Positions 23,150 to 36,161 of a stretch of DNA of 64,000 nucleotides are shown piece after piece; position 1 is the stretch's first letter; each line of letters begins with the position of its first letter. Origin of the DNA: Psammoneis japonica (Eukaryota). The stretch lies in contig QPGO01000276.1 in the NCBI GenBank assembly GCA_008632985.1, positions 1 to 64,000 of the forward strand, written 5' to 3'. The notes under the pieces are model-generated. The model was not told the DNA's origin, made no database searches, and saw only the letters and a list, made by a program, of their open reading frames with translations. The position numbers and the translations under genes are program-made.

Positions 23150-25530
23150 CAGAGCCTGAAGCTGTTCAACACAGCAGCAAAGAAGACAGAGAAAAATGAA
23201 AACACAGCAAAAGAAATGTCTCGAGCCCGACATCAAGAAGCAAGTTTCTGGGAGACAGTTTTGCCTTGGGAGTCAGGCCAACCAAAACCATCTGCCAGGT
23301 GTGGCAAAAACAGTGAGAGTGAATGAACTCATGCAATGTGCTGCTGATGCAAACCTGTGTGTGGCTGACAGAGAGCCACCAGTGGGGCAACAAGAAGATG
23401 CTGCTTGGATGCTCACACACGGACATGCAAAGCCCGCCAATTTCCACTCTCTGCTGCAGCAATTCTTGTTGTCTTTTTCTTGGCTGTCTTGGCCACATTT
23501 GCTCACTTTGCTGTGGAGCCACCATGTGCAATCTGTCAAAAGCTTGGGGTGGATGCTGGTGGGCATGTGTTGGCACAACCAGTGGCATCGCGCCCCGATT
23601 GGTTGAGTTTGCAGCACAAAGCAGTGCCATGGTGTGTGTTGGCAACTGGCAGCTGGCACTCAAGTTGCTTGTGAATTCAGTGCATTCGTTGTGCACATGT
23701 GTGCATGCATGCTGGATGTCAGCAACGTGCCTGCAGCCAAGCTTTGTGTTGCACAAGAATGATGTGGTTGGGGACAGCAACTTGCTCCACCTCCTCAATG
23801 TCCCTTCAAGAGGACCTCAGACCACAGCACAACCCCAAATCCTTGAAACATCCCTGCTGAGTGTCACCTCCTTTCCCAATTTGCATCAATGGAGTGGATG
23901 CCTTAGAATGGAGGGCTCTGTGTACAAAAGGAGGAGCAGAGATCCCAACCTCAGGGTTGCTGCATTTTGAGCCTCTTGCCCTTGTTCTGCAGCAGCAAGG
24001 TGCTTGTTCTTGAGCTGCTTGCCTGTCTTTTGGCCATTGCCAACCACCCAGCAACACAAAATGTCAGTGGGAAAATTAAGAAAATCAAAGTCAAGAAAGC
24101 CAAAGCAAGCCACCAGTCAAGTGGCAGCCTCTTTGCTGCAGGGTTGAGTGAAAATGACAAATGTGGTGTGCAAAGCTGTGGGGTTGTGTTTGTTGTCATC
24201 ACTCTGAGGCAAATTCCTAAATTGTTCTCTGGCACCAATGCCCCCAAGAGCAAATCATCTTGTTTGAGAAAAAAATCATGGTTTGAGAAAAAAATTCTGA
24301 ACTCAGCCGGCTTTGCTCAGGCTTTCACACATTGGCCTCACGCTGGCCAGAGTTAAGCACATTTTTGTGACTGCTTGGATGGATCCCATTTCACTTTAAT
24401 GTGACATGCTGCAAACACAAAACATGGCTTGACAACTTGCCTTTTTGTGGCAGCATTGATGCAAGTAAAAACCAGTGGAAGTCAACTTGCAACAATTGTG
24501 TGTTCTCTGATGAAATGAAGCAACAGCAAATGTTTTCTGTTTTTTAGAGGACAGGTTGATGAGTGCAGATTGTTTGATTCTCTCTGGCACAGTTTGAGAC
24601 AACCAACACATTTTTTCTGGCATTTTCCCAGTGCCTCAGTTTTAAGTGCAACAAAAGTGCAAGCAACCCTCATTCTTTGTGCCATTTGAAGTTTGTCTTG
24701 AAACAAAAAACACCAAACTCAAATGTTCTCATCAATGAGGACAAAGAGCAGCATCAAAATGGAGCAGCTTCACCATGATGTGGGGGCAGTTGCAGAAAAT
24801 CAAATGGATCTCACAAAGAGCAAAAGATCAAGCTGCCTTTTGCAAAAAAAAAAAGAGGCAAAGCTTGATGCAAGAGCCCAAAGTCACTCAGCACAGCAGC
24901 ACAGAAGAAAGAGAAGACAAAAGCAGGAAGCGTGCCTCAACATCTTTAACCCAAAGTTGGGCAAGCCAAAGCCATCTGCAAGGTGTGGCAAAAAATGCCA
25001 CAAGCACACATGTGCTCACACATGAAGATGTGCGCACATGGCATGTGTTTGCCAGCTGTGCTGAGCACAGTTGGTGTGTTTGCCACCAGCAGTGGCTGAG
25101 GAGCTGGAACAATGCTCTAACAGTTTTTTGCAAAGCTTGTTCATTGCTCTGCTGTGGTCATTTTTTCTGTTTCTTGACTGTTTTGGACATGTTCACTCAC
25201 TTTGCCAGTGAAGCAGCAACACACAGCTCACAATTTGTGTGAGAGTGTGGAGAGGCCATTGTCATTGGCACGATGGCACATTGCCCCAGCTGCTTGATTT
25301 GGAAACACAAGCACCAACATTTCTGACTGGTGACTGGCACATGAGTTGCTTGTGTGTTTCATTGTGTGCTTTTCTCTCACTGGTGATGCCAGCACCATTT
25401 GTTCATTTAAACCCTGCAAGTGCATGTTGCAGTGTCTTTGCTCTCATTGTGTGTGCACGTGTGCATGCGTGGATGGTGGCAAAGGCCTGCAGCCAAGCTG
25501 CTGCACACTGTGAGACAACGCATTTGTGAT
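23150..25530 (+). repeat. Diverged direct duplication (about 23150-23760 vs 24885-25530)
   Basis: ccaaaaccatctgccaggtgtggcaaaaa (~23282) vs ccaaagccatctgcaaggtgtggcaaaaa (~24966); gcctgcagccaagct at ~23729 and ~25485. Confidence 0.6.
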
Positions 25531-27975
25531 GACTTCTTGTGGGATGTCATTGGCACCACATGTGAGCTAAGACACAAGCACACATGCACACACACCCACG
25601 TGCTGATGGTTGACACACATCATCATCAGTTGTCAGTGGTCATTGGCTGGGTGCAACAACATGCAGCACCGCTCAAATCTGACACACATGCCAGTCATTG
25701 CCAAACTGCAAAAAGTTTCTCAGAATTCATGGCAAGACTGGCAGCAACATCTTTTTGAAAATGGACTTTGTTGCACAATCATTTTGCCCTTGAGGACAAA
25801 GAAAGGGACATCATCTGGAATCAATTGTGTGGCCTTCATTCCTCATGGCATCAGCACACCTCAAACCTTGGTGTTGGGCTGAGAGCACTGGCCAAAATTT
25901 GATTGAGACAGCAAGACCAATAAAAAAAATTGCCAGGAGCACCACATCAACCAGAACATTGCTTTCCTGCCCCTCTGCAGCCCCACGAAAGGAAGAAGCA
26001 TGTCCAAATTGTGTTGAGCTAGAAAGGCACTCTCAGACATGCTTGGGCACTCTGTGCCAAAATGAATTTCAGCAGACATGTTCCCTGAGTTTTCCTGCCT
26101 GAACAACTGAAGATCTGGGAGTTGATCCATCACATCCTTTGGCAAGTTGCACTCGCTAGATCCACCCCACAATGGGACAGGTCAAACAGGTTTCTTGCAC
26201 AAGAAAGTTTTCCCCACCCCCAGTTAAGGACATGTGTCCCTGGGCGGCCTTTAGGTTCCAATCTGATCCTGGCAAAGCCAGCATCTGTTCATGGGAAGTG
26301 AATGAATGTGGCTGACATGAACAGCTTTCATTCTGCTGAAAAAGATTCGACGACACTGAAGCGGGCTAAAAAGGCTGCGGTGCATCAAAACTTGCCCCAC
26401 TGATTCAGCTCTTCCTGGGGGTTTAACAGCATCAATGTTTCGCAAAAAAAGCCAAGCAAAAACTGTGGAATCACTGCACATGTCATCTGTGCTCTACTGC
26501 ACACGTATGAGCACTCTTTACCAGCCTAAAATGTGATGTTGGCTCCTCCGACATGATTGAGTTGCGGGTCTTGTCTCGATGTCTCCATGCAGTCGCTGTT
26601 TGAGTTGTTGCAGGTTTTGGGGGGGTCAGTGACTCCAAGAGAGGGGGGGAGGGGAGGGGAGAAAGAAGGAGGAAGAGGGAGAAAGAAAGGGAGAGAGGAA
26701 GGGGTTGCAAGGGCAGCGAGCTTGATCTAAAATGTGGAAGTGGTTTGGAGAGCGAATCTCATTTCTTTCCCCATTTTTGCAACCCGATGTGTCAGATCTC
26801 CGGGTGACTTGCACGTTGAAGTAAATCAGTGTGAGGCACTGAAACAACATTGTGGTGTTGAAGTGTTCACAGCATAATTTCTACGTAACATTCTACGCAC
26901 TTCAGGTGTTTCCCTCCGACACAAAACAAAAAATCGACCATGACAGCCGCAAGAGCCGGCAGTCGATGCTGTCGCCGTCACTTGTGCTGCTGCTGCACCA
27001 ACAAAGCACGCATTGCAATTCACTCTGACAAATGAACATGTGAAAAGAGAGGTGTGAAAAAGGCAAAAAATGGACAGGAAATGCCTTGGCACTTTTTCCA
27101 TTGTTTTTGCAACTCGTCACTCACCTCTTGCGTTACAATTTCTGTTCATTCTTGACAGATTTAAGAGCCCTCCTTTAAGATTGGATTGTTGTTGGTGTGT
27201 CTCTTGCTGTTGTTTCGCACTGCAATCGTTGTGGCTCCAGTCAACTCTTCACCAGTCGTCAATGAGGGTTTTCTTCTAGTCATCGTGGTGAAGTTTCAGG
27301 ATTTTTGGAATGTCGCTGCTTGCGGCGTTGCCGCAGGTGCCATTGGCATGCGGTTGAAGGGATTGATGGCCACACATTGATTGTGGGTGTGATTTGTGTC
27401 CTTTTTTAATCTACAATCTACCACTTTTGGAAAAGTCCATGTGCAAGCGGCAGACGAGGTTGCCCTCATCTTTAAATGACATGGGCCACTGCCGAGGCTG
27501 CCGACTGCAGCTGTGCCTTGGCAATTTTTTTCTGCAACAATGTTCATGTGGCCTGGGATGCCGGTGCCCCCCACCTCTGAACATTGAGACGGCCAACGAG
27601 AGCCAAGGGGTTGCTCCCTGGTGAGGCGTTGACTGGCACTTCCAAGGACGGGAGTGCCTTCAACCGCCGCAGACCCGAATCTCCGTTGTGACAGGGTGCA
27701 CCTGCCCTCGAAAGGTGGTGGTTTGGTGTGTCATTGTGACAAAGCATGTGGAGGATGCAACAGCCAATGGCAACAGAAGTGTGGCAGAAAACAAATAAAA
27801 TGGTGAATTCAAAACTCATGAAAACTCAAGCTCCATTTCGAAATCACTGCTGTGCGTTGCGAGTCTACATCGCTTCTAGCCATCTCACGAGAATGTCAAC
27901 AGCAGCAGCAATGCATAAAATGTACCTGGCAGTGATGACATCTGCCTTGTTGACTGCTGTCTCTTTGGGCAATCC

Positions 27976-30900
27976 TTAGAATGCACTGGTCGACCTCTTG
28001 GTCGGGCACCCCGTCACATTGCAGCTTTGCTGCAGCTTGCATTGCAGGAAGGCAGGGCAACAGCAAGGATCAATGTCCTGCTTCCTTTGATCCCGCATCG
28101 GATCATTGAGAATTGAAAGAGCCGGTTGCACTTGACATGGAACAGATGGGAGGGCTGCACTCATGCTCAATGCAAAAGCAAGCTGCTGTGCTGGGGTGCT
28201 TCTCATGGCTTGCAGCGTGTTGAACTGCTTCTCGACTTGAACATGAGCTGCATCAAGCAATGGAGTGTCATCCACATGCACAGCTTCAACCGCCACCTTG
28301 GGGAGCCATCGCAATTTCCACAACACCACTTGCAGGTTCAACGGTTGCCGCCGCTGCAGTTTCCTTGTCTTGACGGTTTCCAGCTTCTGATCTCATTTTT
28401 CGCTTGTGTGGATTTACGACCGGTTTTGTCCCACAGAGATTGCACATGCATCTGTCTGTCTCGGGGTGTGGAGCAATTGTTTCATTTCTGGCATTCTGCT
28501 CCAGCAGGTGCCGGGACAAGAAATGCTCGCCGGTGTCCCCCTCGAGCTCCCTCACATGCGGATGTGGTGCTTTCTTCCCCTTCTTTAATGCAAGGTTGTT
28601 GACTTCAATTAGATCAAGTACATTCTGATGAGCAACCACACCCCAAAATTCATGTGGAATCTTGGCTCGCGCCGTTGCATCCATTTTCTCGATTCGCTCC
28701 TTCTCTTCAATTGTTTCACCGTACAAAGCCAATCCCTCCAAAGCAATCAAGTCCATCAATGAATGTCTCATTCCACAATTTCCATGATGTGCCAGTGAAT
28801 TGTGTGCCTTCTCCAATTTGGACTCGGGTCCTGGCAGCGTTCGCCACTTCACCAGTTTGCTTTTGACCGCAGGGATGATGCTGCAGGCCAGCACTGCTCC
28901 GACTTCGGCACTGGAGCATCCAATCCCTTCGAGGTTTCTTCAGCATTCAAAACTGCATCCTTTGTGTCGGTTGTAAATAACGACAGTCCACTGTCTGGAT
29001 CTAGATGCCCTCCAGCAGCGGGGGCTCCATCAGAGGCAGTGCACTTGCATCGAGCAAACCAATCCTCGAGCAACGTGAGCCTTTTCTCCAGCGGGTGCCT
29101 CCAGAGACAAATGCATTCCTGGCAGTGCTTCCACCTTGAAGAGTGTGTGATGTCGTGTGTCTCCTCATCAGAATGCTTCTTGTTGTTTGGCGTGCCGTCC
29201 TTCAAGGCTTGTATCACAGCTTGGCGGTCGGACCATTCGGCACATGATGCGGTTGCTTTGAGATCACTGACAGCTTGCCAATGATCAGCATGTTCTTTTT
29301 GGAGCATTCTTGCAATTCGGTGCATCCAATGAAAGAGCCCAAGGAGACAGATCATGTTCATTCCGAATGTCGTCTTCCACAACTCCGACTTGTTCGGCCA
29401 GGTGTTGCTGTGGTGGAGTTTTGGGCGTACGTTCTTTCGCCTGGCAAACTGTTCTGCCGGGTGAGCAAAATCTTTTGCTTCCAATGTTGGGGTTGGGCAA
29501 GCGGTTCCAACCTGCACCTTTTTGTTGCACATGGTGAACAGGCCTGCTGCTCCGCCTGCTTTCTTTGAGCAGTTTTTGAGAATTTGAAAAGTGTGGTCGG
29601 ATGCGACGCTCACGGCGGCTCCAACCATCTGCAACAATCTCGTGCACCTGTCATAAGAGGACGTGTCAAGAGCCGTCAATTTTGATTCGCCAGATTCGTC
29701 ACAAAGATCACAAAGTGCTGAGGGTGATGGGCTGCACCCGCCCATCCAATCCTCAAAAGACACCCACTCTTCGCTTTTGTCGATGGCTCAGCAGTGGCAC
29801 TCTTTCTGGAGTTCCACAAAACAGGCGGCTCGCATTTGGTGCAGCATGTGCGAGAACTCATCCCCATTTGCGCACGTGACAATGAAGGACTCAAGGAGTC
29901 TTGTGGTTTCCTTGGTGAGATGCCACTTGTTGCTTGCACTGGCACACTCAGGCAATGTTGGATGTGCTGACTGCAGGCTTTTTGGCAGCTTGTGCAGCAG
30001 TTGACCGTCGTTGCCCTTGCATCAAATTTTGCATTTGTTGCATTCACACCACATTGACACCGCCATGTGCATCTTCCCGCTGATGCAATGTGTTGGTGTC
30101 GCCCCACCACATCGAGTGAAGTCCATACGATCATGAATCATTTCCCCGTCGCACTCTCCGTCAATGCAGGAGAGACAGATGTTCGGATGGTTCAGCTCCC
30201 AACAAACGATGCACACTGTCACACCTTGCAGCTGATGGCAGTGACAATCAGGCGGTGAAGTGCAGTCATCCTTGGGAACTTGAAAAGACATTGCACCAGG
30301 AGGAAAAGTGCCATCCTTGACCTCCAGAATCTCATTGAGCTTGGGGCTTTTTGCTGCAGCAACAGGATGCTTGTTGCTGCCTTGTTCAAATCTCGGCTTG
30401 ACAGAATCCAACAGACAACTGACAAGAGCACTCACTGCAGCCGGGCACTTCGTCTTCTCCTCTGAATTCTCACACTTTTTCACTCGTGCTCGAATCTCTC
30501 GTTTCAAAGTCTCAACCAAAAATTTGGCATTGGTGGCCAACTTGTGGGTGTTCTCGGTGCACTCCATGGGGCCTGCAGCATCAGCCACCCCCGAATTCAC
30601 CGGCTTGCAAACATCAGAAACACCTGGAGGAGGCAACACAGCTTGAGCTGCAGGCTTCTGTGTTCCAAAATGGTCTTGCATGGTTGACACTCCCTTTTCT
30701 GGAGCATCCGGAATCGTGTTGTTTGTTTTGTGCAGCTCTTCATCATGTTGCTCTGCATCCATGGCAGCTTTGGTGATGTTCACTTGTGAGCACCTTTTTG
30801 AAAATTTGCATGCAGGATCATGGCCATGATGATGTGCAGGACCTTTGTCACATCTCGTGCATTTCTTCATTCCGTCGTCTGCTCTTGCCACCTTGCGCCC

Positions 30901-31074
30901 ACTAAAATCGCTCTGATGCGTCCGCTTCTGGCGTGTGCATGCTTGGCTTTTGCTCGTTTTGATGGAGCCTTTGCGTTTCTGGGATTGAGTGCCCATGTTT
31001 CTAAAGAAAGGATGCAGCTGCCACTCTTCAGCCACTTTTGTTGGAGCAGATTCTTCCGTTGTGTCCGTCATCAT
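27976..31074 (-). mobile_element. Degenerate DNA-transposon transposase-like gene (DUF6729-like/Mutator-clan DDE)
   Basis: Frameshifted ORFs 30022-31074, 28849-29763 and 28286-28894 carry CxxC motifs, VASDHTFQILKN, LGLFHWMHRI and SKLEKAHNSLAHHGNCGM. Family assignment is from motif recollection; no TIRs found. Confidence 0.5.
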
Positions 31075-31762
31075 CGAAGCACCAGCAGAGATTGTGCTTT
31101 TCTCTCTCGTGGGTTTTTTTGTGAGAGAATTTTTTTCATCGCGTGAGAAGTCTGTGTTGTTGTGATTTTCCGTGGCATGAAAGGAAGATGACAGTCGGTC
31201 TCCGCATCATTCTGATTCTTGTGTCTGCTTTTGGAGAGTTGTCTCAACCTCCTCGTCCCCAAGTGATTGCGTCAGATTTTCCAAAAAAGTGTTGATTAAT
31301 TGGTCGGAAAGTCCTCAACTTTCCGAGGGTCTCCCCCAAGCAGAAATCCCAAATGCTGAATTCTGATTGGCGCTCACAGTTCCATTCCTGATCCTCCCTC
31401 AAACCAAAGGTAAAGACAAACCTGTGGTGTCGCGCGTTGATTCGCGCGTGCGGCAAGCAGACGATTTTCATGCCCACCCAGTGCAGCGCCGCCCTGCCTG
31501 GCCTTGATGGCGCCCCCCTGGCTGAATGAATTGTTGCGCTGGACGCCAGCTGCGGGGCGGGACAGCGGCACCGGCGAGAATGACATCATCACATCCCTCC
31601 TGACCCGGCAGGTGTGAAAAGAAGGTCTGGTTGTGTTTTTGCATTTTTCTTTGTGTGCTGATGATGGGGCAGTTGGTGGCCAAACCCCAATGCATTTGCC
31701 ACACAAAGCAGCTCATGCTGGAGCAAAGCTGGAAGCACCCAGTGGAACCACCCCTTTTGAGC

Positions 31763-31888
31763 CCTGGCAAAGAAACAAAAAACCTGTGACAGCCCATTTC
31801 CAAATTGTCTTGTGCACATGGCGCAAGCTGAAGCTCTGGCAAAGAAACAAAAACCTTGCAACAGCCCATTTCCAAAATGTCTTGTGCA
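31763..31888 (+). repeat. Direct repeat of ~55 bp x2
   Basis: ctggcaaagaaacaaaaa..cagcccatttccaaa.tgtcttgtgcaca twice; the copies differ by gTGac versus gCAac. Confidence 0.85.
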
Positions 31889-32713
31889 CACAATTTTTTG
31901 CAATCCCCACCATGTTGAAGCCAAGGGGGGGGAGTGCTCTCTCTCTCTCTCTCTCTCTGAGTGAAAGAGTGTGCCACATGCACAAAACAAAAGAGCCCAG
32001 TTTTGCAAAGCTCTCTCAGCTGAAAAAATTCATTGGCCTTCTTGCCCTCTTGTGTGCCATCTGACATGTTTCCAAGCAAGCCAGCCAAAGCTCATGCAGG
32101 AGGCCATGGGACAGCCAGCCAACCGCCCACAACTTCTCCAGGACAGCTGATGTTGCGCGGTCACTCTCTTTGTTCTTTCTCTCTGCTCTTTTTCCCTTTC
32201 TCTTTCATGAGCACAAAGGGGCTCCACAGCAAAGCTCAACAAGGGGTTGTTTTGCAAAAAAGAGGGTGTGGGGCTCTGGGCTCTTGTTGTTGTTTTTGGC
32301 TGTCACACCATCTCCTGGCAAGAGCCCATGTTGTGTTGTTGTTCAATCAAAGGACATTGTGACAACAAAAAAGTGTCATTTTGAAGGAGCCAGGTTCACA
32401 AAGTGCACAGAATGCTGTCCAGGAGAGATTTGGAGCTCCTTTCACAACACCTGGTTCGCTTCATGGCATGATCTGCTGAACAGACAACAGCACAAGGGGG
32501 CTGCATTGGACCAGCAATGATGCCGCCACACTGCACAGCGCCAGCTACATAAGGAAAAGCGATTTGACAAAATTTCGGACCTTTCATTCCCCTTCAATAG
32601 TCCTGAGAAATATACAACGGTTCTCGTTTCGCCCCCCTCACATTTTGATGGCCGAACTAACGACAGCCTAAGGCCTCCAACAATCCTGAAATCTCGATGA
32701 CATGACTGTCATA

Positions 32714-33696
32714 ATGGAAAATACAAGGAAGTATGGTCGAAAGAGACGCTTCTTCAGAGCTTGGACTATTTCTGTGGGTCTCCTTTTGTTGCTCTTGTGG
32801 ACTCGTCCTCACATGGTCATGCAGATCAACTCGGTTGCGTCGATGAATAATCCTACAAAATATGATGACAACGGAACATGCAGCTGCCTTCGTGCGAGGA
32901 GCTGAGGCTGTTTGCACTGGTGGTTTATACGGACCGGTGTGGATGAGCCTTTGCAAAAGAGGCTTTGTAAGTCACATGACGGAAATGATGAACAAAGTGC
33001 TACAGGAAAAGTCACAAGTCTTGCGTATTTTACAAATTTGGAGCGCATACAGGTTGGGATGCTAACGATCCCTTCGCCAAGGGCATCACTGCTTTGTTGG
33101 AAAGCCCACCGATAGAGTTGCGACAAGCTCGCATTGAATACACAATGATTGAGGCATCGCCTCCTAACTATTCTGAACTTGAAAAAAATGTCAAGGCTCA
33201 CAGCTCTCTGTGCACTTTCAAGACGGTTCACGCCGGTGTCGTTCCTGACAAAGAGGATAAAGATTTGCTATTCTATGCGATAAATGAGACCATTGACGTC
33301 CACACCGGTTACGATTCCAATAGTGGAAAGCAGTTTCCGCCGTGGGTAACTCAAATCTCTTCCTTTGACAAAAGCATTGTAATGAAGGAAAGTAATCAAT
33401 GGAAGCAGTTTGGGTTGGATATAGAAGACTACATCGTTGAAACTCGCGTAAATGTGCTCAACGTCTCGGAGCTTCTTGCTCAGTCCAAAAACACAATATT
33501 TGTTCTCATCGACTCGGAGGGTCTCGACTGTAAAATCGTGGAAAGCATGCGAAGTGACATTGGCACGGAGCTCCCACCGTTTCTCTTGTATGAGCATAAG
33601 CATTGCAACAGACGCTCCGCGAACGAACATCTAAAGTCCTTGAAATATCAGATTGAAAATCTCGCGGACGACGTTGTGGCATCATATGTCCAATAA
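32714..33696 (+). CDS. FkbM-family methyltransferase-like protein with N-terminal membrane anchor; two apparent frameshifts
   Basis: Removing one T in acaaatttggagcg (~33036) gives LQIGAHTGWDANDP. Downstream IEASPPNY and LIDSEGLDCKIV motifs. Another shift near 32890. Confidence 0.65.
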
Positions 33697-33894
33697 TTTT
33701 TACCAATAATGCTTCATAGACCCTCTAAGGCTTCATCCCAACGTTTTCTGGTCAAGTTCACTGCGTTGTGCTACCTCACATTTTCGAGTTGGCTTCACGC
33801 TCGTGCTACGGTCCCTCAATTCCAAGCCGATCGAATCAATGGCTTCACATCGAGGACTTTGGCGTTTTCAATAATGTCCTTCCGTGCCATCCGA

Positions 33895-35526
33895 CTATAA
33901 TTTCCAGGGAACGCCAATTGATTCCAAGGCTTCTTTTCGGACACTGCTGAGAGTCCCGTTCCGGTACCGAGCTCGCTGCCTTTTGACCCATACTCCCAAC
34001 AATCGGTAGCTTCTGTGCTTGTAAGCGACGAGACAGTGACCGTTTTCCAATTGGTAAGCTTTTAATCGCTTAAACTTCTCATTCCATGTGTCATCATCAT
34101 CAAAACCGATCGCATCCAAGGCTTCCTTTCGATCACTACGGAGTCCGCCTCTTCTGTTCAGCTTGCGCTGCTTTGTTGCCCAATTTCCTAATGACGGGTC
34201 CTCTTCATAGTTATTCGGCACGCAACAGTGACCGTTCTGAAGCTAGAAAGCTTTCAGTCTTTCAAATTTGGAGTCCCATGCTTCATTTTCGACAGCGCGC
34301 CTCTGATGTTCCCAATCAACGCCAATTGCATCCAAGGCATCTTTGCGATTATCAATTAGCTCACCCTTGCTGTGAAGCCAACGCTGTCTTTGCATCCATT
34401 TTCCCAGAGAAGGGTTGCTCAAATACTTCTGCGGGACATGACAATCACCTTTCTCCAACTTGTAAGCTTTTAGCTGTTCGAGCTTTTCGTTCCAAGCTTT
34501 ATCATCCGGCAGGAGACCACCTTGTTGCTTTTCCCAAATAAATCCAATCGATGTCAATGCCTCTTCCCGATTAGCGAGGAGCTTGCCGCTGTGGTACAGC
34601 ACACGCTGCCTCTTTACCCATCTGCCTAACGATATATCTTTTTTGTAATTCTGAGGGACGCGACAGTGACCATTTTCCACCTGATAAGCTTTCAATTTCT
34701 GAAACTTATCCTTCCATACCTCTTCGTCAAGAGCAGGTCTAGGTGCAGTAAGCGGGTTTTTCTGCTTGCCCCATTCAAAGCCAATCGATGCCAAAGCTTC
34801 CTTGCGATCACTTCGGAGATCGCCCTCATGGTAAAGCCGGCGCTGCTTCTTGACCCATCGACCCAAAATCGGTCTTTCCTTGGACCTCTGCGGTACGCGA
34901 CAATGGCCGTGTTCCGCTTTGTATGCTTTTACGTTTTCAAACATTTTCTTCCATGTATCCTCGTAACGGGGTGTTGGTTTACGACGCAATTCTTCTGACG
35001 GGGTATTTTCCTTGCTCGTCATCGTCGTCGCCCCTTTCTCATCTAGTTTGCGTCGCTTATTCTGTTTGTCAGTCTGACTGGCAGGGACTTCATCGGAGGG
35101 ATCTCTGTCCTCATTACTTTGTTTGTTTCGCGAGGAGTTTGTTTCACCGCATTCATCCTTCTCGGCAGGTTCTGTTTCCGCAGTAACAATAGCTGCCTCC
35201 CCGTCGTTCTCCTCCAAAACATTCTCGCCTTCTTCTCTTGAATGCGCAGCTGTCTGATTCTCGTTGCTCGTCGTCGTCGTCGTCGTCTCCCCGTTCTCAC
35301 AGAGTTTGCGTCGCTTGCTTTTATCGTCATTCTGACGAGCAGGGACTTTGCTGGAGGGATCTCTGTCGGCATCATTGCTTTGTTTGTCTCTCAAGGAATT
35401 GGTTATTTCACCGCATTCATCCTTCTTCTCGGCATGCTCTGCATCCGCGGGAACACTTGCTTGCTCTTTGATCTCCTCCAAAACATTCTCGTCTTCTCTT
35501 GGATGAGCAACTGCCTGATTCTCCAT
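33895..35526 (-). CDS. Helicase-associated (HA) domain repeat protein, five HA repeats, in-frame TAG in repeat 4
   Basis: WxxxFxxLKAYxxExGHCxVP...LGxWVxxQR...RKEALxxIGFxW repeated five times. ORFs 34243-35526 and 33895-34221 are in the same frame, separated by TAG at 34245-34243. Confidence 0.85.
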
Positions 35527-36161
35527 GGTTCTTGCGTGGATGTGAATGAAAAAGAAACTTATAAAGCGTCAACGCTCTATGCGCTGCACAACATGTTCGT
35601 TGCCTGTTGATGCCTGTTGCTGTTGCCGCTCCGAGCTTGTAGCGCTATTTTAGCAGCAGGAACAGCTCGTATTTAGAGCTCGAAATGACAGTGATCGATC
35701 GCAAACAGGATTGTGATCTACAACCAATGATTCGTGCGGTCTGTTCGTCCCCCGTACTTTTAAAGCTTTCGCGCCAAATTTGCCTTGTAGAATCCAGTAC
35801 ACTTCCGGCATAGCGTAGAATCCATCCCACTGCAGGATATGCCAGAGCACGAGACCTTCGACGAGAAGGCACTACATCCCAACATAACACCGCACACCGC
35901 CCATTTGCGGCCCATGACACAAACAACAGCGCCGTTGCTTTCAGCCTTTTCCTACCAATCACTACCGTTTCTCCCTCTGATTCATCGCTAAAGTAACATT
36001 ATGTGAGTTATTGTGGTGTCTTATGCGGTGTTACAGACGCTTACGACGGAGCGGATGCATTCTTATAATATAATAATCGAATCACTCTGGTGGCATGGTT
36101 TTAGCTGTATCTCATCTCACACGCAACTTACTTTTTCTTTTTGTTCACCAGAACTGACACC

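Larger units (their letters stand above)
23100..32540. other. TpA/CpG-depleted hypermutated domain 3
   Basis: Abrupt TA loss after about 23100 and recovery at about 32545 (gctacataagg). Partial TA retention at 26.5-27.9 kb. Confidence 0.85.

Noticed and set aside
23166..26480. Many overlapping Cys/His-rich ORFs in all six frames (also 1.4-5.8, 38.6-40.5 and 58.8-60.7 kb)
   Set aside because: Loss of TA removes TAA/TAG stops and enriches TGY/CAY codons, so long ORFs arise passively. No recognisable domains.
34243..34245. Programmed stop readthrough or frameshifting in the HA gene, RPA1 or IMPase
   Set aside because: Lesions are scattered over many unrelated genes without recoding signals. 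Error or decay is simpler.
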